A stretch of 64,000 nucleotides of DNA from Octopus vulgaris (Eukaryota), in assembly GCA_951406725.2 (NCBI GenBank), contig OX597822.1:116932001-116996000 (forward strand), read 5' to 3'. The notes below the pieces were generated by a model. That model did no database searches. It saw only the letters and a list, made by a program, of their open reading frames with translations, and was not told the origin of the DNA. Positions 12,726 to 25,814 of the stretch are shown piece by piece; the first letter of the stretch is position 1, and each line of letters begins with the position of its first letter. Both the position numbers and the translations under genes were made by a program.

Positions 12726-13585
12726 CAAAGTAAGATAGGGGTTATGGGTGTAACCCACTATGGGATAGTATTTATCCAATATACTGTTGGTAAAGTACCC
12801 AGAGTCTTAATACATAAATGTTTTTAATTGCAATACAATTAAGTCATTTGTTGCATTAAACGGGTGAAGGTAAAGAAATATTTTTACCATAAATTTATAA
12901 TACAAATAAGAAAATTCTAATATCTGAAAGTTGATGAACAAACTAGTTTCTCCATTTTCTTATTTGTATTATATATCTATACATATAAATTTGACATGGG
13001 CAATTCTTTCTTGTCTTGGGATTCACGGTCAAACAGCTCAGTGGAATTGCGTGAAAAATTACACAGATGTGTAGAATGATCCGGTGGTGATGCTGAGCTT
13101 GTATTTTTTCATAGTGCCCATGGTTACCGAGATAATCTACTATAATAATACTCTTGTGTTTATGAATGAGAAAGGAAGGGGTGATAGGTGAATAAGGAAG
13201 GAAAGGGTGATGTCATACTTGGTAGTGGGATGATGAAAATTGTATGCTGGAAAAAATAAATCAAACAGCATTTCAGCTCTGTGTGAATATGTGTATGTAA
13301 AAGGGGGGTATGTGAATGTGTGTGTGTGTGCGCGTGAGTGTGCGTGTGTGTGTGTGCAATGGGAGTGGGATGGTTCATTTTTGCTTAGTATTTGGGTTTA
13401 TTTTTTGATTTGGTTGAATCTTGGTTGGGTTTTTTTGTTGGTCAGTTACTTTTAGTGTTTTGACAGAAAAAAGTCATTCTAAAATTGTTTTTTAATGTAA
13501 GTGTGCCCAAACATGTTGTATGCTTACACAGAGCAGGTTTTACAGCCACATCATCCAAACCGGGTGAAACCAGGCTTAGCTGCAA

Positions 13586-13617
<32 letters not shown>

Positions 13618-14324
13618 CACCATCATCAGCATTTAGCATCCATGTTCCATGATGTCATGGGTTGGACAATTTGACAGGATGTGATGTGTTTAAGGACTAC
13701 ATCATACTCCAGTGTCTGCTTTAGCATGGTTCCTACTGCTGGGTGCTTCATACAAGCTTCTTCCAGTTTTAATTAAGCAAATCTACCCACAAGGCTTTAA
13801 TTGACCCAGGGCAATACTGGAAGACATTTGCCCAAGGTGCCATGCTGTAGAACTAAATCCCAAACTCAGTGGTTGGGAAGCAAAGTTCTCAATGGCACAC
13901 CCATGCCTCCACTTATAAGCCACGCCTGAATCTACGAATATTTAGATATAATTGTTTAACATGTTTTTCCCATGGATTGGTTGAATACTTCTTGAAACAT
14001 TATTTTGCAGCTAAATGCCCTTCCGGTTCCAGACCATTTTCAAATAAGGGACATTTCATTCCAGTTATCTTCAAAGTTACAAGATGACTTCTTTTTTTAA
14101 ACAGGATATGTCAACATGTCACCAGTTTACCTTCTGCCCAAACTGTTTCATATGAAGACAATGTCAACTTTCACATAGAATCCACCCCAATATCTATTAT
14201 GTTTATATATCGTCATCATGTCATTGTGAAGGCACGTGGTTTAGTGGTTAGGGTATTCAGCTCGGGATCATAAGATTGAGTGTGATACTCGGCAGAAGGT
14301 TGCGTCCATAAGCAAGACAATTTA

Positions 14325-14890
14325 TGGGGTTGCCGGGAAAGTTCTTGCCGATTTTTAAAGGAAAGAAAAAGGTCAATAAATACTTGCCATTACATTTTTA
14401 ATCAACCAAATATGAACCATTTTGTTGCACAATGCGTCTCCATCTTTCCTTTACCTTGAAAATACCCACTTCCCAGAATTGAGGTGGTTTCATGGCAAAG
14501 AATTCACCAAGGTATCTTTTTACGTCATCCAAGGAATTGAAATTTTTACCATTAAGACTTTTCTGCAGAGACCTGAATAAGTGGAAATCCGAAGGAGCAA
14601 TATTTGGGGAATATGGAGGGTGGGGTAACACATCCCAGCCGAGCTGCAGCAATTTTTGTCAGGTCCCCAAAGCATCAAGTAACGAAAATGAACTTTCTTA
14701 TCTTCCATTTTAAAGGGTTACAGAACTAACACAGGTTCTAGGAACATAAACCTTCTTCCACGAAAAGATAGCTTAAACTGTGCTCTAAATGGAGGTGAAG
14801 TCAAATCCTATTTTATGGACTCAACCATGTTCTAAAATAAGTCGAAAGTTAAGCTACTATACATCGGCACAAACTTTCCAGACAACCCAA
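14325..14890 (-). mobile_element. Internally deleted mariner element inserted in a family E SINE
   Basis: TIRs tggggttgccgggaaagttcttgccgat / atcggcacaaactttccagacaacccaa with TA duplication. Retains the MEDKKVHFR start and the HPPYSPNIAPSDFHLF...KERWRRIVQQNGSY end. Confidence 0.88.
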
Positions 14891-16316
14891 TATTTCTCAC
14901 TGCCCCAGTCCACTCAGCTGACAATGAGTTGTACCTGCAATTCAAAGGGCTAGCCTTGTTATGTCTTGTGGGATGTTGAATCTCCCTAAGAACTACGTCA
15001 GGGATTTGCATGTCTGTGGAATGCTCAGCCACTTGCACATTAATTTCACGAGCAGGCTGTTCCATTGATCGGATCAACTGGAACCCTCGTTGTCATAAAC
15101 TGATGGAGTGCAACCTTTTTTCCACCCCCCCATGCTGCTTTCAGTTAGCTGAGACATCTGCAGCACAGTGTACCACATCTATTGCGTCCCCTTGTCATCC
15201 CCTTTCAAGAGGTCCTTAAGATCTGTGCCTGAAAAGAAAAGAAGCTTTCCCACTGTTGATGGTGGATTGCTTGATAGCTGTCTGCACCTGAAAGAAGAAG
15301 AAGAAGAATCCTGATTGTTTGAAGATAGTTGAGAGGTGCTTACATTCGGTTACCCTGCCACTGCACATGGTACTTAGACGAGTGGCTTTCTTTCTTTTTT
15401 GTATCTTTTAGTCAAGAGGGAAGGCAGAGTTTATGATTATTTTACAGGGCCTCTGGACTGCTGGAGGACAGGGGGAGGAAGTTATCCTCAAACTGGAGTT
15501 TGGGCCCAAGTACTTGCAACAGTGGATATTGTTACTCAAGGTGCAAAGTGGTGATGCTAAACTAAGCAACAGATTAAGTGTACCATCTATGAAGATGGTA
15601 GTTTACCGTGACATACATCATCATCATTCTAATACCCACTTTTCCATGCTTGCATGGGTTGGACAAAGGTAGCTGGGGCAGATTTTCTAGAGCCGGATGC
15701 CCTTCCTGTCACCAACCCTTGTTTTCAAGAAAGGTAATATTTACCCAGGGCCAATCTTGTTTCTGCAGAATATTGGAAATGAATGGCATTCATTTACAAC
15801 ATTTGTGTGATGTCATATGTATATGTGGCCAAGTGGTTAGTGTGTTGCATTCATGATCGCCAGACAATGGGTTCAGTTCCTGGACCAAGCAGTGCATTGT
15901 GTTCTTGAGCAAAACATTTCATTTTACATCGCTCCAGTCCACTCAGCTGTAAATAGGTATCCCTGCGATAGACTAAACTTCCGATCAGGAGGAATACTGG
16001 CTTGTTTGCTTAGCCAATGGAGTGGCATCATTTGGAAGCCAAAAACCAAGTAAAGTGCACTGTGACCAGCGATGTATAACATGCGATAGTCTGGTTGATC
16101 TCATACACACCATCATTATCATCATTTAATGTCTGCTTTCCATGCTGGCATAGATTGGACGGTTTGACTAGAACTGGTAAGCCAAAAGGCTACACCAGGT
16201 ACAAAAACAAAGTTGACCTTGGTGGAATTTGAACTCAGAATGTAAAGACAGACAAAATGCCGCACACATTTTGCATGGAGTGCTAACAATTCTGCCAGTT
16301 TTATATATATATATAC

Positions 16317-16784
16317 ATCATAACATATAATTGCCAGCCAAGTGTGGTTTCCTATACAGGACAGTGCTACTGATGTTTATAGCCCCAAGAAGAAATCTCC
16401 TCCAGCTGGCTAACGACACACATTCTGTGTCTGCAGTGTGTGTCATTAGCCAGCTGGAAGAGATGCCTTCCTAGGGCTATAAACATCAGTAGTTCTGTCC
16501 TGTATAGGACACCACACTTGGTTGGCAATTATATGTTATGATTCCATATTGCTACTGCTTGCATCCCGCTCAGAGATGTGATCACGTGTGTATCATTGGC
16601 AATTTTTTTCCTCCGTCTTCCCTTCCTTGGATCTTTCCTTTTCCTATGTTTCTGATGAAGAGCTCCGCTCGAAACATTAAAATCCTTTCTTTCTTTCCTT
16701 CTTTCCTGAGCGTCCAATAACACTATACATGTTCCACGTCCTCGCGTTGCTGTGTTTTCTCTGTGTTTCCATGTTTGGATTAAC
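16317..16784 (+). mobile_element. TA-flanked Penelope-type pLTR-like element with a 108-bp inverted duplication and a hammerhead core
   Basis: Arms 16317-16424 and 16435-16542 differ at about 11 of 108 positions by manual count. Hammerhead core at 16648-16683. (TA)n on both sides. The 3' part is homologous to 37677-37866. Confidence 0.7.
16648..16683 (+). ncRNA. Minimal type I hammerhead ribozyme-like motif
   Basis: GTTT-CTGATGA-A-GAGC-tcc-GCTC-GAAAC-ATTA-AAAT: canonical CUGAUGA/GAAA core, stem II GAGC/GCUC, stem I GUUU/AAAU. Confidence 0.65.
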
Positions 16785-16909
16785 TATATATATATATATA
16801 TATGCACATACATACACAAATATTTATAAATAATTTGTAAACATAAAATAATTAAAAAACAAAACAAAAATAGTATTTAGTACAAATGATAATTTCTCTC
16901 ATTTCTTTT

Positions 16910-16915
16910 TTTATT
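16910..16915 (-). promoter_or_regulatory. Candidate polyadenylation signal (AATAAA) for SMC6
   Basis: AATAAA on the minus strand about 205 nt past the stop codon, with a second one at 17066-17071. The context is very AT-rich, so evidence is weak. Confidence 0.35.
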
Positions 16916-17118
16916 AATAAGTAAGAAAATAATTCTTTAATAATAATAATGATAAAATGAATAATAGTTTACACATTTTTTTCTCCATATATTTTTTTTC
17001 TATTTTCTTTTCTTCTTGTTTTTCTCCATATATTTTTTTTCTATATTCTTTTCTCCTTGTATTTGTTTATTTTTTTCTTTTCTTGTTTGAATTTGAAATT
17101 GTAACCCTAGCAACACAC

Positions 17119-17245
17119 TCATGCTGCCTCCTCATCTTCATCGTCTTCATTGGCTGCTGGCTGTAGATTTAGAGTTTTCTGCCCACCTTTCATACGTACA
17201 GGATCAGGCATACGGAAAATTCTAGACATTGGGTAATTTAGGTGG
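17119..17245 (-). CDS. SMC6: SMC6 terminal coding exon (S-HLNYPMSRIFRMPDPVRMKGGQKTLNLQPAANEDDEDEEAA*)
   Basis: Acceptor ctctttgacag. The phase-2 junction AG|C gives Ser and restores frame. RI.RM.DP.R plus an acidic tail matches the SMC6 C-terminus. TGA at 17121-17119. Confidence 0.88.
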
Positions 17246-17332
17246 CTGTCAAAGAGAAGACAATAAATATATAAACTGCATGACACGTATTGAACACACC
17301 TCGTTTTCATTGCAATGCACACACGCAACACA

Positions 17333-18224
17333 CACAAGGTTCATTCCAGAAGTTTTGAGACTTTTTTCTTGAGAAAGGGAGTTACAGCTGTCTTAAATTA
17401 CTGTAATTTTAGTAGGCACAGGAGTGGCTGTGTGGTAAGCAGCTTGCTTACAAACCACAAACCACATGGTTCTGGGTTCAGTCCCACTGTGTGGCACCTT
17501 GGGCAAGTGTCTTTTACTATAGCCTCGGGCCGACCAAAGCCTTGTGAGTGGATTTGGTAGACGGAAACTGAAAGAAGCCTGTCATATATATGTATATGCA
17601 TGTATGTGTGTGTATATGTTTTTGTGTCTGTGTTTGTCCCTCCAACATTGCTTGACAACCGATGCTGGTGTGTTTACGTCCCCGTAACTTAGCGGTTCGG
17701 CAAAAGAGTTCGATAGAAGAAGTCCTGGGCTCGATTTGCTCGACTAAAGGCGGTGCTCCAGCATGGCCACAGTCAAATGACTGAAACAAGTAAAAGGAGT
17801 AATATCATTACTATTCATATTATAAGCTAACCTGCCACCTTTTTTCCCCTCCCCCCAGATTGAAGGAGAAGGCTTTGAACACCCTCTCTCCTGGTAACCA
17901 ACTACTTGACAGAGAGGGGCATCAAGACAGTCTCCCACCCTCTTACAGTCCAGACTTTGCACCCTGTGACTTTTGGTTGTCCCCCAAAAGCCGATTGAGA
18001 ACTTCAGAGGAAGTTGTTTTGAAGACAAAGGAGGCCACAACAAAAGGGCCCTGGACACCTTCACTTTGGAAGACTTTCATTGCAGCCTTCACAAAGCAAT
18101 TGGAGTGCTGCCACAACAAGTGCATTGAAGTGAGAGGATTCCTACTTTGAAAGAGTTCAGAGTTTTGTACTTTTTTGAAATTAGTAAATGAAAAATGTCT
18201 GAAAACTTCTGGAATGCTCTTTGT
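17333..18224 (+). mobile_element. Deleted mariner element interrupted by a family A SINE
   Basis: TIR cattccagaagttttgagac / gtctgaaaacttctggaatg. ORF remnants PSYSPDFAPCDFWL and KCIEVRG. Confidence 0.75.
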
Positions 18225-18255
18225 GTGTGTATATGTGTGTATGTATATGTATATA

Positions 18256-18298
<43 letters not shown>

Positions 18299-18672
18299 TC
18301 ATCATCATCATCATCATTTAGCATCCGCTTTCCATGCTAGCATGGGTTGGACGGTTCAACTGGGGTCTGGGAAGCCAGAAGGCTGCACCAGGGCCAGTTT
18401 GATCTGGCAATGTTTCTATGGCTGGATGCTCTTCCTAACACCACAGAAACATTGCCAGATCAAACTGGGCCTGGTGCAGCCATATCATATATATATATAT
18501 ATATATATATATCTCCAACCTCACATGACTGATTGATTTCTACATGCTCACCAATGAGAATAATGAGAGAATAATATCTTTTTAATGACATCCAATCAAG
18601 TGAATGTTTACAGAAACTAATGTTTGTCATGCAAATGAATGTAAGTCAGCAGAACCCATATTTCCTTTAATA

Positions 18673-19690
18673 CAGGGGTCTCTAATCACCGATTCACAGA
18701 CCAATACTGGGCCATGAATCATTTGGCCCTGGGTTGCACAGAAGGAAATATATTTTGAAATTTCATTTCTTTTTATTGACTGTTGTAGTCTGCAGGGTGA
18801 GTCTGTGTTATATATCTTTTACTTTTTACTTGTTTCAATCATTGGACTGCAGCCATGCTGGGGCACTGCCTTGAAGAATAATTTTATTCGAATGAATTGA
18901 CTCCAGCACTTATTGTATTGGGTTCTTTTGCTGAACTACTAAGTTATGTGGATGTAAACACACCAACACTGGTTGTCAACTGGTGGTAGGAGATAAACAC
19001 AAGGACACCCACCCACACACACACATATGATGGGCTTCTTTCAGTTTCCATCTAGCAAATCCTCTCATAAGGCTTTGGTTGGGCCAAGGCTATAGTAGAA
19101 GACATTTGCCCAAGAAGCCACGCTATGGAACTGAACCCGGAACCACATGGTTGGGAAGCAAGCTTCTTACCACACAGCCATACTTGTGCCTATGTAAGAA
19201 TTAACTTATTTTTACTCTTTTACTTGTTTCAGTCATTTGACTGCGGCCATGCTGGAGCACCGCCTTTAGTCGAGTAAATCGACCCCGGGACTTATTCTTT
19301 GTAAGACCAGTACTTATTCTATTGGTCTCTTTTGCCGAACCGCTAACTGACAGGGGTGTAAACACACCAGGATCAGTTGTCAAGCGATGCTAGGGGGACA
19401 AACACATACACATATATATATATATACGACAGGCTTCTTTCAGTTTCCGCCTACCAAATCCACTCATAAGGCTTTGTTTGGCCCGGGGCTATAGCAGAAG
19501 ACACTTACCCAAGATGCCACGCAGTAGGACTGAACCCGGAACCATGTGGTTGGTTAGCAAGCTACTTACCACACAGCCACTCCTGCGCCTATTTTGTGCA
19601 CACTTTGTGTTTTGTTATGCTCATAATTACCAGGTCTGTGGAAAAATTTCCATGCATGAAACTGGTCTGCAATGCAAAAGAGGTTGCAAG
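18673..19690 (+). mobile_element. hAT/Charlie (MER1-like) MITE remnant split by two family A SINEs
   Basis: caggggtctctaa... left end and gtctgtggaaaaattt..catgaaactggtc..tgcaaaagaggttg right end resemble Charlie MITE termini. Confidence 0.45.
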
Positions 19691-19935
19691 AAGTTTTACT
19701 TTCAGAGCTGCATCAGAGGTTTATTCTCATTTTATTTTTCCACTTTAGTCTTATAAAGTTACAGCCTCAAAATAATAACTGTTTATTAAGCACGCTTCCA
19801 GTGGATTATAATTTGCTTAAATGAATTGAGATTTACTCTGTTGAAGTCTTGTGAGTTTTGATGCCAAATAGATTAGTGTCCCCATGAATGCTATTCTCTG
19901 TTGAAACCTTTTTGAGGTATTAACTCATTCTCTGC

Positions 19936-20342
19936 TTGTGGAAGAGGCAGAGCCATTAAGATGTGGGATGAGGCGGTGATATACGATCTTCGCTTGTTGT
20001 GTCTGACGGAGGTGACGACAAGTGACCGAGACTTCTGGCAATTTACTGTGCTTGTGAGGACACGTTGAGTTAAGTGAAGCTGTGGTCATGGCCAGTGCCG
20101 GTGACATGTGTAAAAGGCACCTGTGCTGGTGACAAGTAAAAGGACCCATGCCGATGACGTGTAAAAGGCGACTGAGCTAGGGATACCTAAAAGACATCTA
20201 GTACACTGTAGTTGGCATTAGGAAGGGCATCCAGCCATAGAAACCAAATGAAACTTGGAACCTGGTGCAGCTATCCAGCTTGGTCAAACCATCCAACCCA
20301 TGCCAGCATGGCAAACAGATGTTAAATGATGACAATGGTGAT
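19936..20342 (+). mobile_element. 5'-truncated RTE LINE 3' end (older subfamily)
   Basis: Begins in the CGRG..K.WDE coding tail, contains gtgccggtg..gtaaaaggcacc units, ends ggaagggcatccagc...(GAT)n. Confidence 0.65.
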
Positions 20343-20742
20343 GAACTGTCCCCTCAAAAAAACATTAGCTGAGTTGGATATAATTTCTGAAGTTTGGTAT
20401 GCTTGCCCATCTTGGTTAGTTTTATGTCCAGCCTTGTGAGACCAATGGCTACATGTTCATGCGTTTTGTTAGTGTAGGTGTAAATGCAGTCAGAGTCAGC
20501 TTTCATAGTCAGCAAGCGAGTGTGACATAAGATGTACCATGTTTTTGATAGTTGTTTTAGGCATCTACATAGTTGGGAGCAGACACATAGGATTAATTAC
20601 ATAACACAGCACCTACCCTTCCACCTTCTTAAATAAAATGTTATATAAATAATTTATTGTTTGATAATTATTGTACATGATCTGAGTCCCAACACCTTTA
20701 CTCTCATGGAACCCCCCACCCACCCTCACTCATGACCCAGAG

Positions 20743-20965
20743 CAGTGGTTCTCAACCATTTTTTGCCCACTGACCCCTTTGAGTCCTATTTTACTCTACT
20801 GGACTTCCATAGCCATCTGATGAATATAAAAAAAAATTTACTGTATTTTTTCAATTAAAGAATTATTAGGAATTGTATTAGAAAAAATTGTTAAAAAATA
20901 TTTTGTGATTGTAGAAGTATAACCAATTGATTGCAGAAATTATAACAGGAAAACCTTATATGGAC
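20743..20965 (+). mobile_element. hAT-like MITE remnant
   Basis: cagtggttctcaacc terminus typical of Charlie-type MITEs; the other end is degenerate. Confidence 0.4.
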
Positions 20966-21164
20966 TCTGGCCTACAACCGGAGACCTAGAGGAACATCCA
21001 AGATGTGAAGGCTGGAGCAAGAAACAGATGCAACAGCAACTGGTTGGTAATTGCAGACAGCAGCATCATGAGATGAAGTGTCTTGCTCAAGAATTGAACT
21101 CATAACCTAAGCATCATAAACTGAACACCTGAACCACCAGCCCATGTACTTTCACATGTATGTC

Positions 21165-21480
21165 TTGTTTGCTTCTTGCTTGATGGAGCTGGGGTCATCC
21201 TAGGTTTAGCGGTCCCAGAAGGGTCATCGTGTACAGAGCCGATCAGGTCTACCAGTGCTCCCCATCACTGGGAGTCCCATGCCAGCCCCTCTGCATCCTC
21301 TGAGATGATGTCGAGCCTCTGGAGATCTTCTTTAGACACATCCACCAATCTGGTGTGGGGCATCTTCCAGCCAGCAGCCATGTTGAATGAGGAGTAAGGC
21401 CTCGATAAGATGATCTGGCGGGAGGCAGAGGACATGACTGCACTGGTGCATGCAGTGGATAACTGCCTGTGCTGGTACAG
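21165..21480 (-). pseudogene. LINE (RTE-like) C-terminal fragment
   Basis: AAGWKMPHTRLVDVSKEDLQRLDIISEDAEGLAWDSQ*WGALV resembles the RTE ORF end (RW.D...DL...A..LA.DR..W). Confidence 0.5.
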
Positions 21481-24189
21481 ACACATATGCAGGTATAAAT
21501 ATATTATATAAATGACCAAAAGTGTAGGCATGGCAGCATGTTTAAAAAGTTAACTCAGCAATCATAAACTCCTGAGTTCGACCCCCCAGTCACAACACCC
21601 TGTACAAGTATCTTTTCTTATAACCTTCAGTTGACCCAAATCTTGTGAGAGAAACTGAATAGACGGACAGTGTGTGGAGAGGCCTAACGGATGGATTGTG
21701 ACCGTAATTGATAAGTCTGCTCTTGTTACACACAGGGTCAAGGTGATTCTGTCTGAGATGTTAATACAAATGATATGTATCTAAGACAGATAGAGAGAAA
21801 TTGGTCCACCAATGGGACTCAGATCATGTACAATAATTATCAAACAATAAATTATTTACATAACATTTTATTTAAGAAGATGGCAGGGCAGGTGCTGTGT
21901 TATGTAATTAATCCTACGCTGACTCCACAAAATAATATTATCTTCTTTACGGAGATGAAAGGGCAGTTACCATATTGTGTAATCAGTCCAGTGATAACCT
22001 CATAACCAATAAAGACATGTGGTATCTATTTGAGGAAATGGAAGGGCAGGTACTATACAGTGTAATAAGAACCACGATGACTCCAAAGTGATAGACACGG
22101 ATTTAAAATCTTGTCAAGAGGTTTGGAGTTGAAACATGATAATGCAAATTGTTATCATTATGATTTTTTGTTTTTCATGTTATTACCTTGTCGTGTTCCA
22201 GTTTTATTTTTTAAAAGAAATATTCTACTGAACATTATTCTAATTCCTGATGTCAACTATCGACTGGTTAGTGCCACTGGTCACAGGTGGAGATGTGACA
22301 CATGATGCTCACACACAGAGTTCTGTACAAACTATCCTCTGCACCATCTTCATTGTTTCATTTGCCAGCTTGGACAGGTCTATCTGAAAGTCATCTGATT
22401 CACAAAGCAATTGCCTGAAGACAGATATTTCTACATTGTTATTCTATAGTGTCTAAATGTTTTTATAAACAGGTTATCTGAAACTAACCCAATTTCTGAT
22501 ATCTTTATCAACTGATTACTATTGTAAGCCACATACGGTTTGGGGAAAGAAAGGCAGACTCAGGTGTCTACCATATACAATGGCCATGTGTTATGTTCTC
22601 AGGTTCCTCTGTCAGCTGCTCTATAAGGTTCAATACCCTGAGATCTTATCCCATCTTTTTTCATATCTCTTTGGTCTTCTTCCTCTCTCAAGTGCACACA
22701 CACACACACACACACACACAAATTTGAACAAAGACGTAGCAGAACTAGGAGCACAGAGACAGTTCACTTTGTCAGGTTCTGGTAGGCCTTGAGAGAAGCT
22801 TTGAGCTAGAAGTGAAAATGCTTGGTATATCCCAATGCAGCAGATGGTAGGCAAGTGGTGGTGGTGGTGGTGGTGGTGGTGTGTTTAAGGCTTAAATGTG
22901 CAGCTGGTCATTGTGTAAATGTAAATTCAAATTTGAGCACAACAATTTGTTGTTTAAAAGTCGATGTACCTCCCAAAGGAGAAATCCAATTGGTGAGAAA
23001 AGCTGAGGGAAATGTCTCATAACTAATGAGGGTTTCAAATTTTGACACAAGAGGAGGGGGAATAAGTCAATTACATCAATCCCCAGTATTCAACTGGTAC
23101 TTATTTTATCAACCCTAGTGGTACGTAAAAAGCACTCAGTTCACTTTTCAGGGTGGTTGGTGTTAGGAAGGGCATCCAGTGGTAAAAACCAGACACAGTA
23201 GCCTGGTGTAGTCTTCTACCTGGCCAGCTCCTGTCAAACTGTCCAACCCATGCCAGCGTGGAAGGTGGTTGACCTCGACAGAATTTGAGCTCAGAACATA
23301 AAGATGGACGAAATGTCACTAAGCATTTTGTCCAGTCTACTAACAATTCTGCCAGCTGATTGCTTTTTCCTTCAGTCATATTGGACACAGAAAATAGCTT
23401 TTGGCCAACCCTGTGAGTCTGTCGCTTGCTGCAAATGAATAATATCTTTTTGAAGGAGGAAACGGGCCAACATCAATATGAATGTCAGCGGCATCATCAT
23501 CCTCATCATCTTTTAATGTCCATTCTCCATGATGGCAAGGGTTGGACGGTTTGACTGGAGCTGGCAAGGAGGAGAGTTGCACCAGGTTCCATTCCTCTTC
23601 ACCCAGGGGCAATATGTCGTAAATAAACTGTTGGTGGAGTGAAATTACTACATGAAGTGGTGGTAGTGAATGGTGGGATAATTTAGCATGTTGGCAGCTA
23701 AGGTATACTCGTGTTTGTCATGTTCTTTGTTTTTCGTAATTGACCCTAAATGACAGCCAGTCAGTCTTGTGTAACACAGATTTCAGAGTCATCACCATTG
23801 TTACCATTTAACATTCATTTTCCATGTTGGCACCAGAGAATGGCAATGTGTGATGCCAAGTAGCTGAGATGAACAGCAATGTCACTCTGATTTGCGGCAT
23901 TGCCTCAAAATGAACCATTAGCGACTGAGCCAACATCAAGAAGGAAGCAGCAACAGAACTGAGACATCACACATCTGACGTAAATTCACGGGTGTGGGCC
24001 ACTTTGTCGATTGACCGATCTTGGGTGATGACATAGAGGCAACAATGATTGTATGAAGGAGTGGTTTTTGATCTATCAATGCTTTTGCAAAAGGCGTTCT
24101 TCAAGCAAGACAGGGAAAGATCTGTTTTGTTGCTGTGGTGTGGTGTGGTTCAGTTGTGCCATGGAAGATTCCAGCCAATCAGAGCTGGA

Positions 24190-24876
24190 GGCATAAAGGA
24201 CCTGGGTATCTTGGTGGATTCCACCTTTTCGCTTTCGGCCCAGTGCGTCCATGCTGCCAACAAAGCACGCGGAATTCTGTTCTTGATTCGACGGTCATTC
24301 GGAATGCTCACAGCAGCCATATTCCTACCACTCTATGTCACGCTGGTGAGACCCATATTGGAGTATGGGATTCAAGCCTCTTCTCCTTATATCCTCAAAG
24401 ACATACAGCATCTCGAAAGAGTCCAGAAGCTGGCTACCCGCATGGTTCATGGTCTCAAAAATTTGTCCTATGAAGAAAGGCTGAGTACGCTCGACCTTTA
24501 TTCTCTAGAAAAATGCCGCCGCCGTGGTGATCTCATTCTCGCCCACAGCATCATAAGCGGAAAGTGTAACCTCTCGAAAGAGCTGTTCTTCACTCCTGCT
24601 CCAGAGCGTTGGCTGCGGGGCCATTCCGAAAAGCTCTACCTGCGACGATTTCATCTCAATCGAAGGAGAGGAGCTTTCTCCGTCCGGGTTGCGGATCCGT
24701 GGAATAAGCTGCCAGATGAGATGGTGAAGATGCCGACAACCACTTTGTTCAAAGCCTCCCTTGACCTCAAGTGGCCTGAACTCTTTACACAAACACCACC
24801 CTGTACTTAACTCCATGTCCCCCTACATGGCCTTGCTATTTGCTTTTGAGCCAAATTAACTAACTAACTAACTAAC
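24190..24876 (+). mobile_element. 5'-truncated CR1-clade LINE 3' end with (TAAC)n tail
   Basis: Open frame KDLGILVD...LYVTLVRPILEY...LERVQKLATRM...SYEERL...RRRGDLI...RGHSEKL...FSVRVADPWNKLP, then a short 3' UTR and (TAAC)5. Confidence 0.9.
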
Positions 24877-25698
24877 AAATAAAATGGCAGTGATCAGCCT
24901 TAGCTGCAGGAACTCACGACAACAGAGAAGCGACAGTTTCAAATTAGTTGCAGATTTGATGGCATAGAAGCAACATTGCCTTCTTTGACATGTTACATTT
25001 TCTGTGTCCACCACAAGCAACTCATTTGATTAATATCAGCTTCCACTCTGCTTTATGTTCCTTGCTTGGCATGAAAAGCATTGAGCTGCAGCTAATGATG
25101 TTACGTTGACATTCCCTGGCAACGAAATTGCCCTTTGTTCTTTTGAAGATATGAGAGATAAGAAATTCTTCGACTGGAAAATAGGTAAAGGTCAATGACA
25201 GGAAGAGAATCTAGCCGTGAAACAATACTTCAACAAATGACAAATAGAAGTTGATGATTCCTAAGAACTCATGGAGTTGGTATTTTGTGCAGCAAGTGGA
25301 AATTCTTTGATTGCATAAACTTGATTTTTAAGCTGTTTCATTCATTCTGTGGTTGTTGCATGTTTAAAGAAATTTCGTGCAACTTCAAATTCAAAGTTGT
25401 TGGAGTTGATTGTAATGCTAATCTTTCGAGGCACTGTCTCGGGTGATGCTTGTGTTTTTGTTGCGGTTGGTGCTGACTATACAAATGTCATCGATGAAAA
25501 CAAATACAGAATCCAGGTTTTTGACTTGTCAGCTGATGACTCATCAGGCCGAATGGCACCGTGATTGTAGTCTTGTTAGTATCAAAGGAATCAACTGGAA
25601 TCTGGTGATAGGCATACTCTTTTACTCTTTTACTGAACTGCTAAGTTACAGGGACGTAAACACACCAGCATTGGTTGTCAAGCAATGTTGGGGGACAA

Positions 25699-25814
<116 letters not shown>

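Noticed and set aside
24049-24810. 253-aa ORF as a host gene
   Set aside because: It is a truncated CR1 ORF2 tail joined by chance to upstream antisense Gypsy sequence, starting at a non-ATG codon.
25533-25547. CTGATGACTCATCAG palindrome as a hammerhead
   Set aside because: Lies within the decayed Gypsy RT and has no stem II-GAAA.
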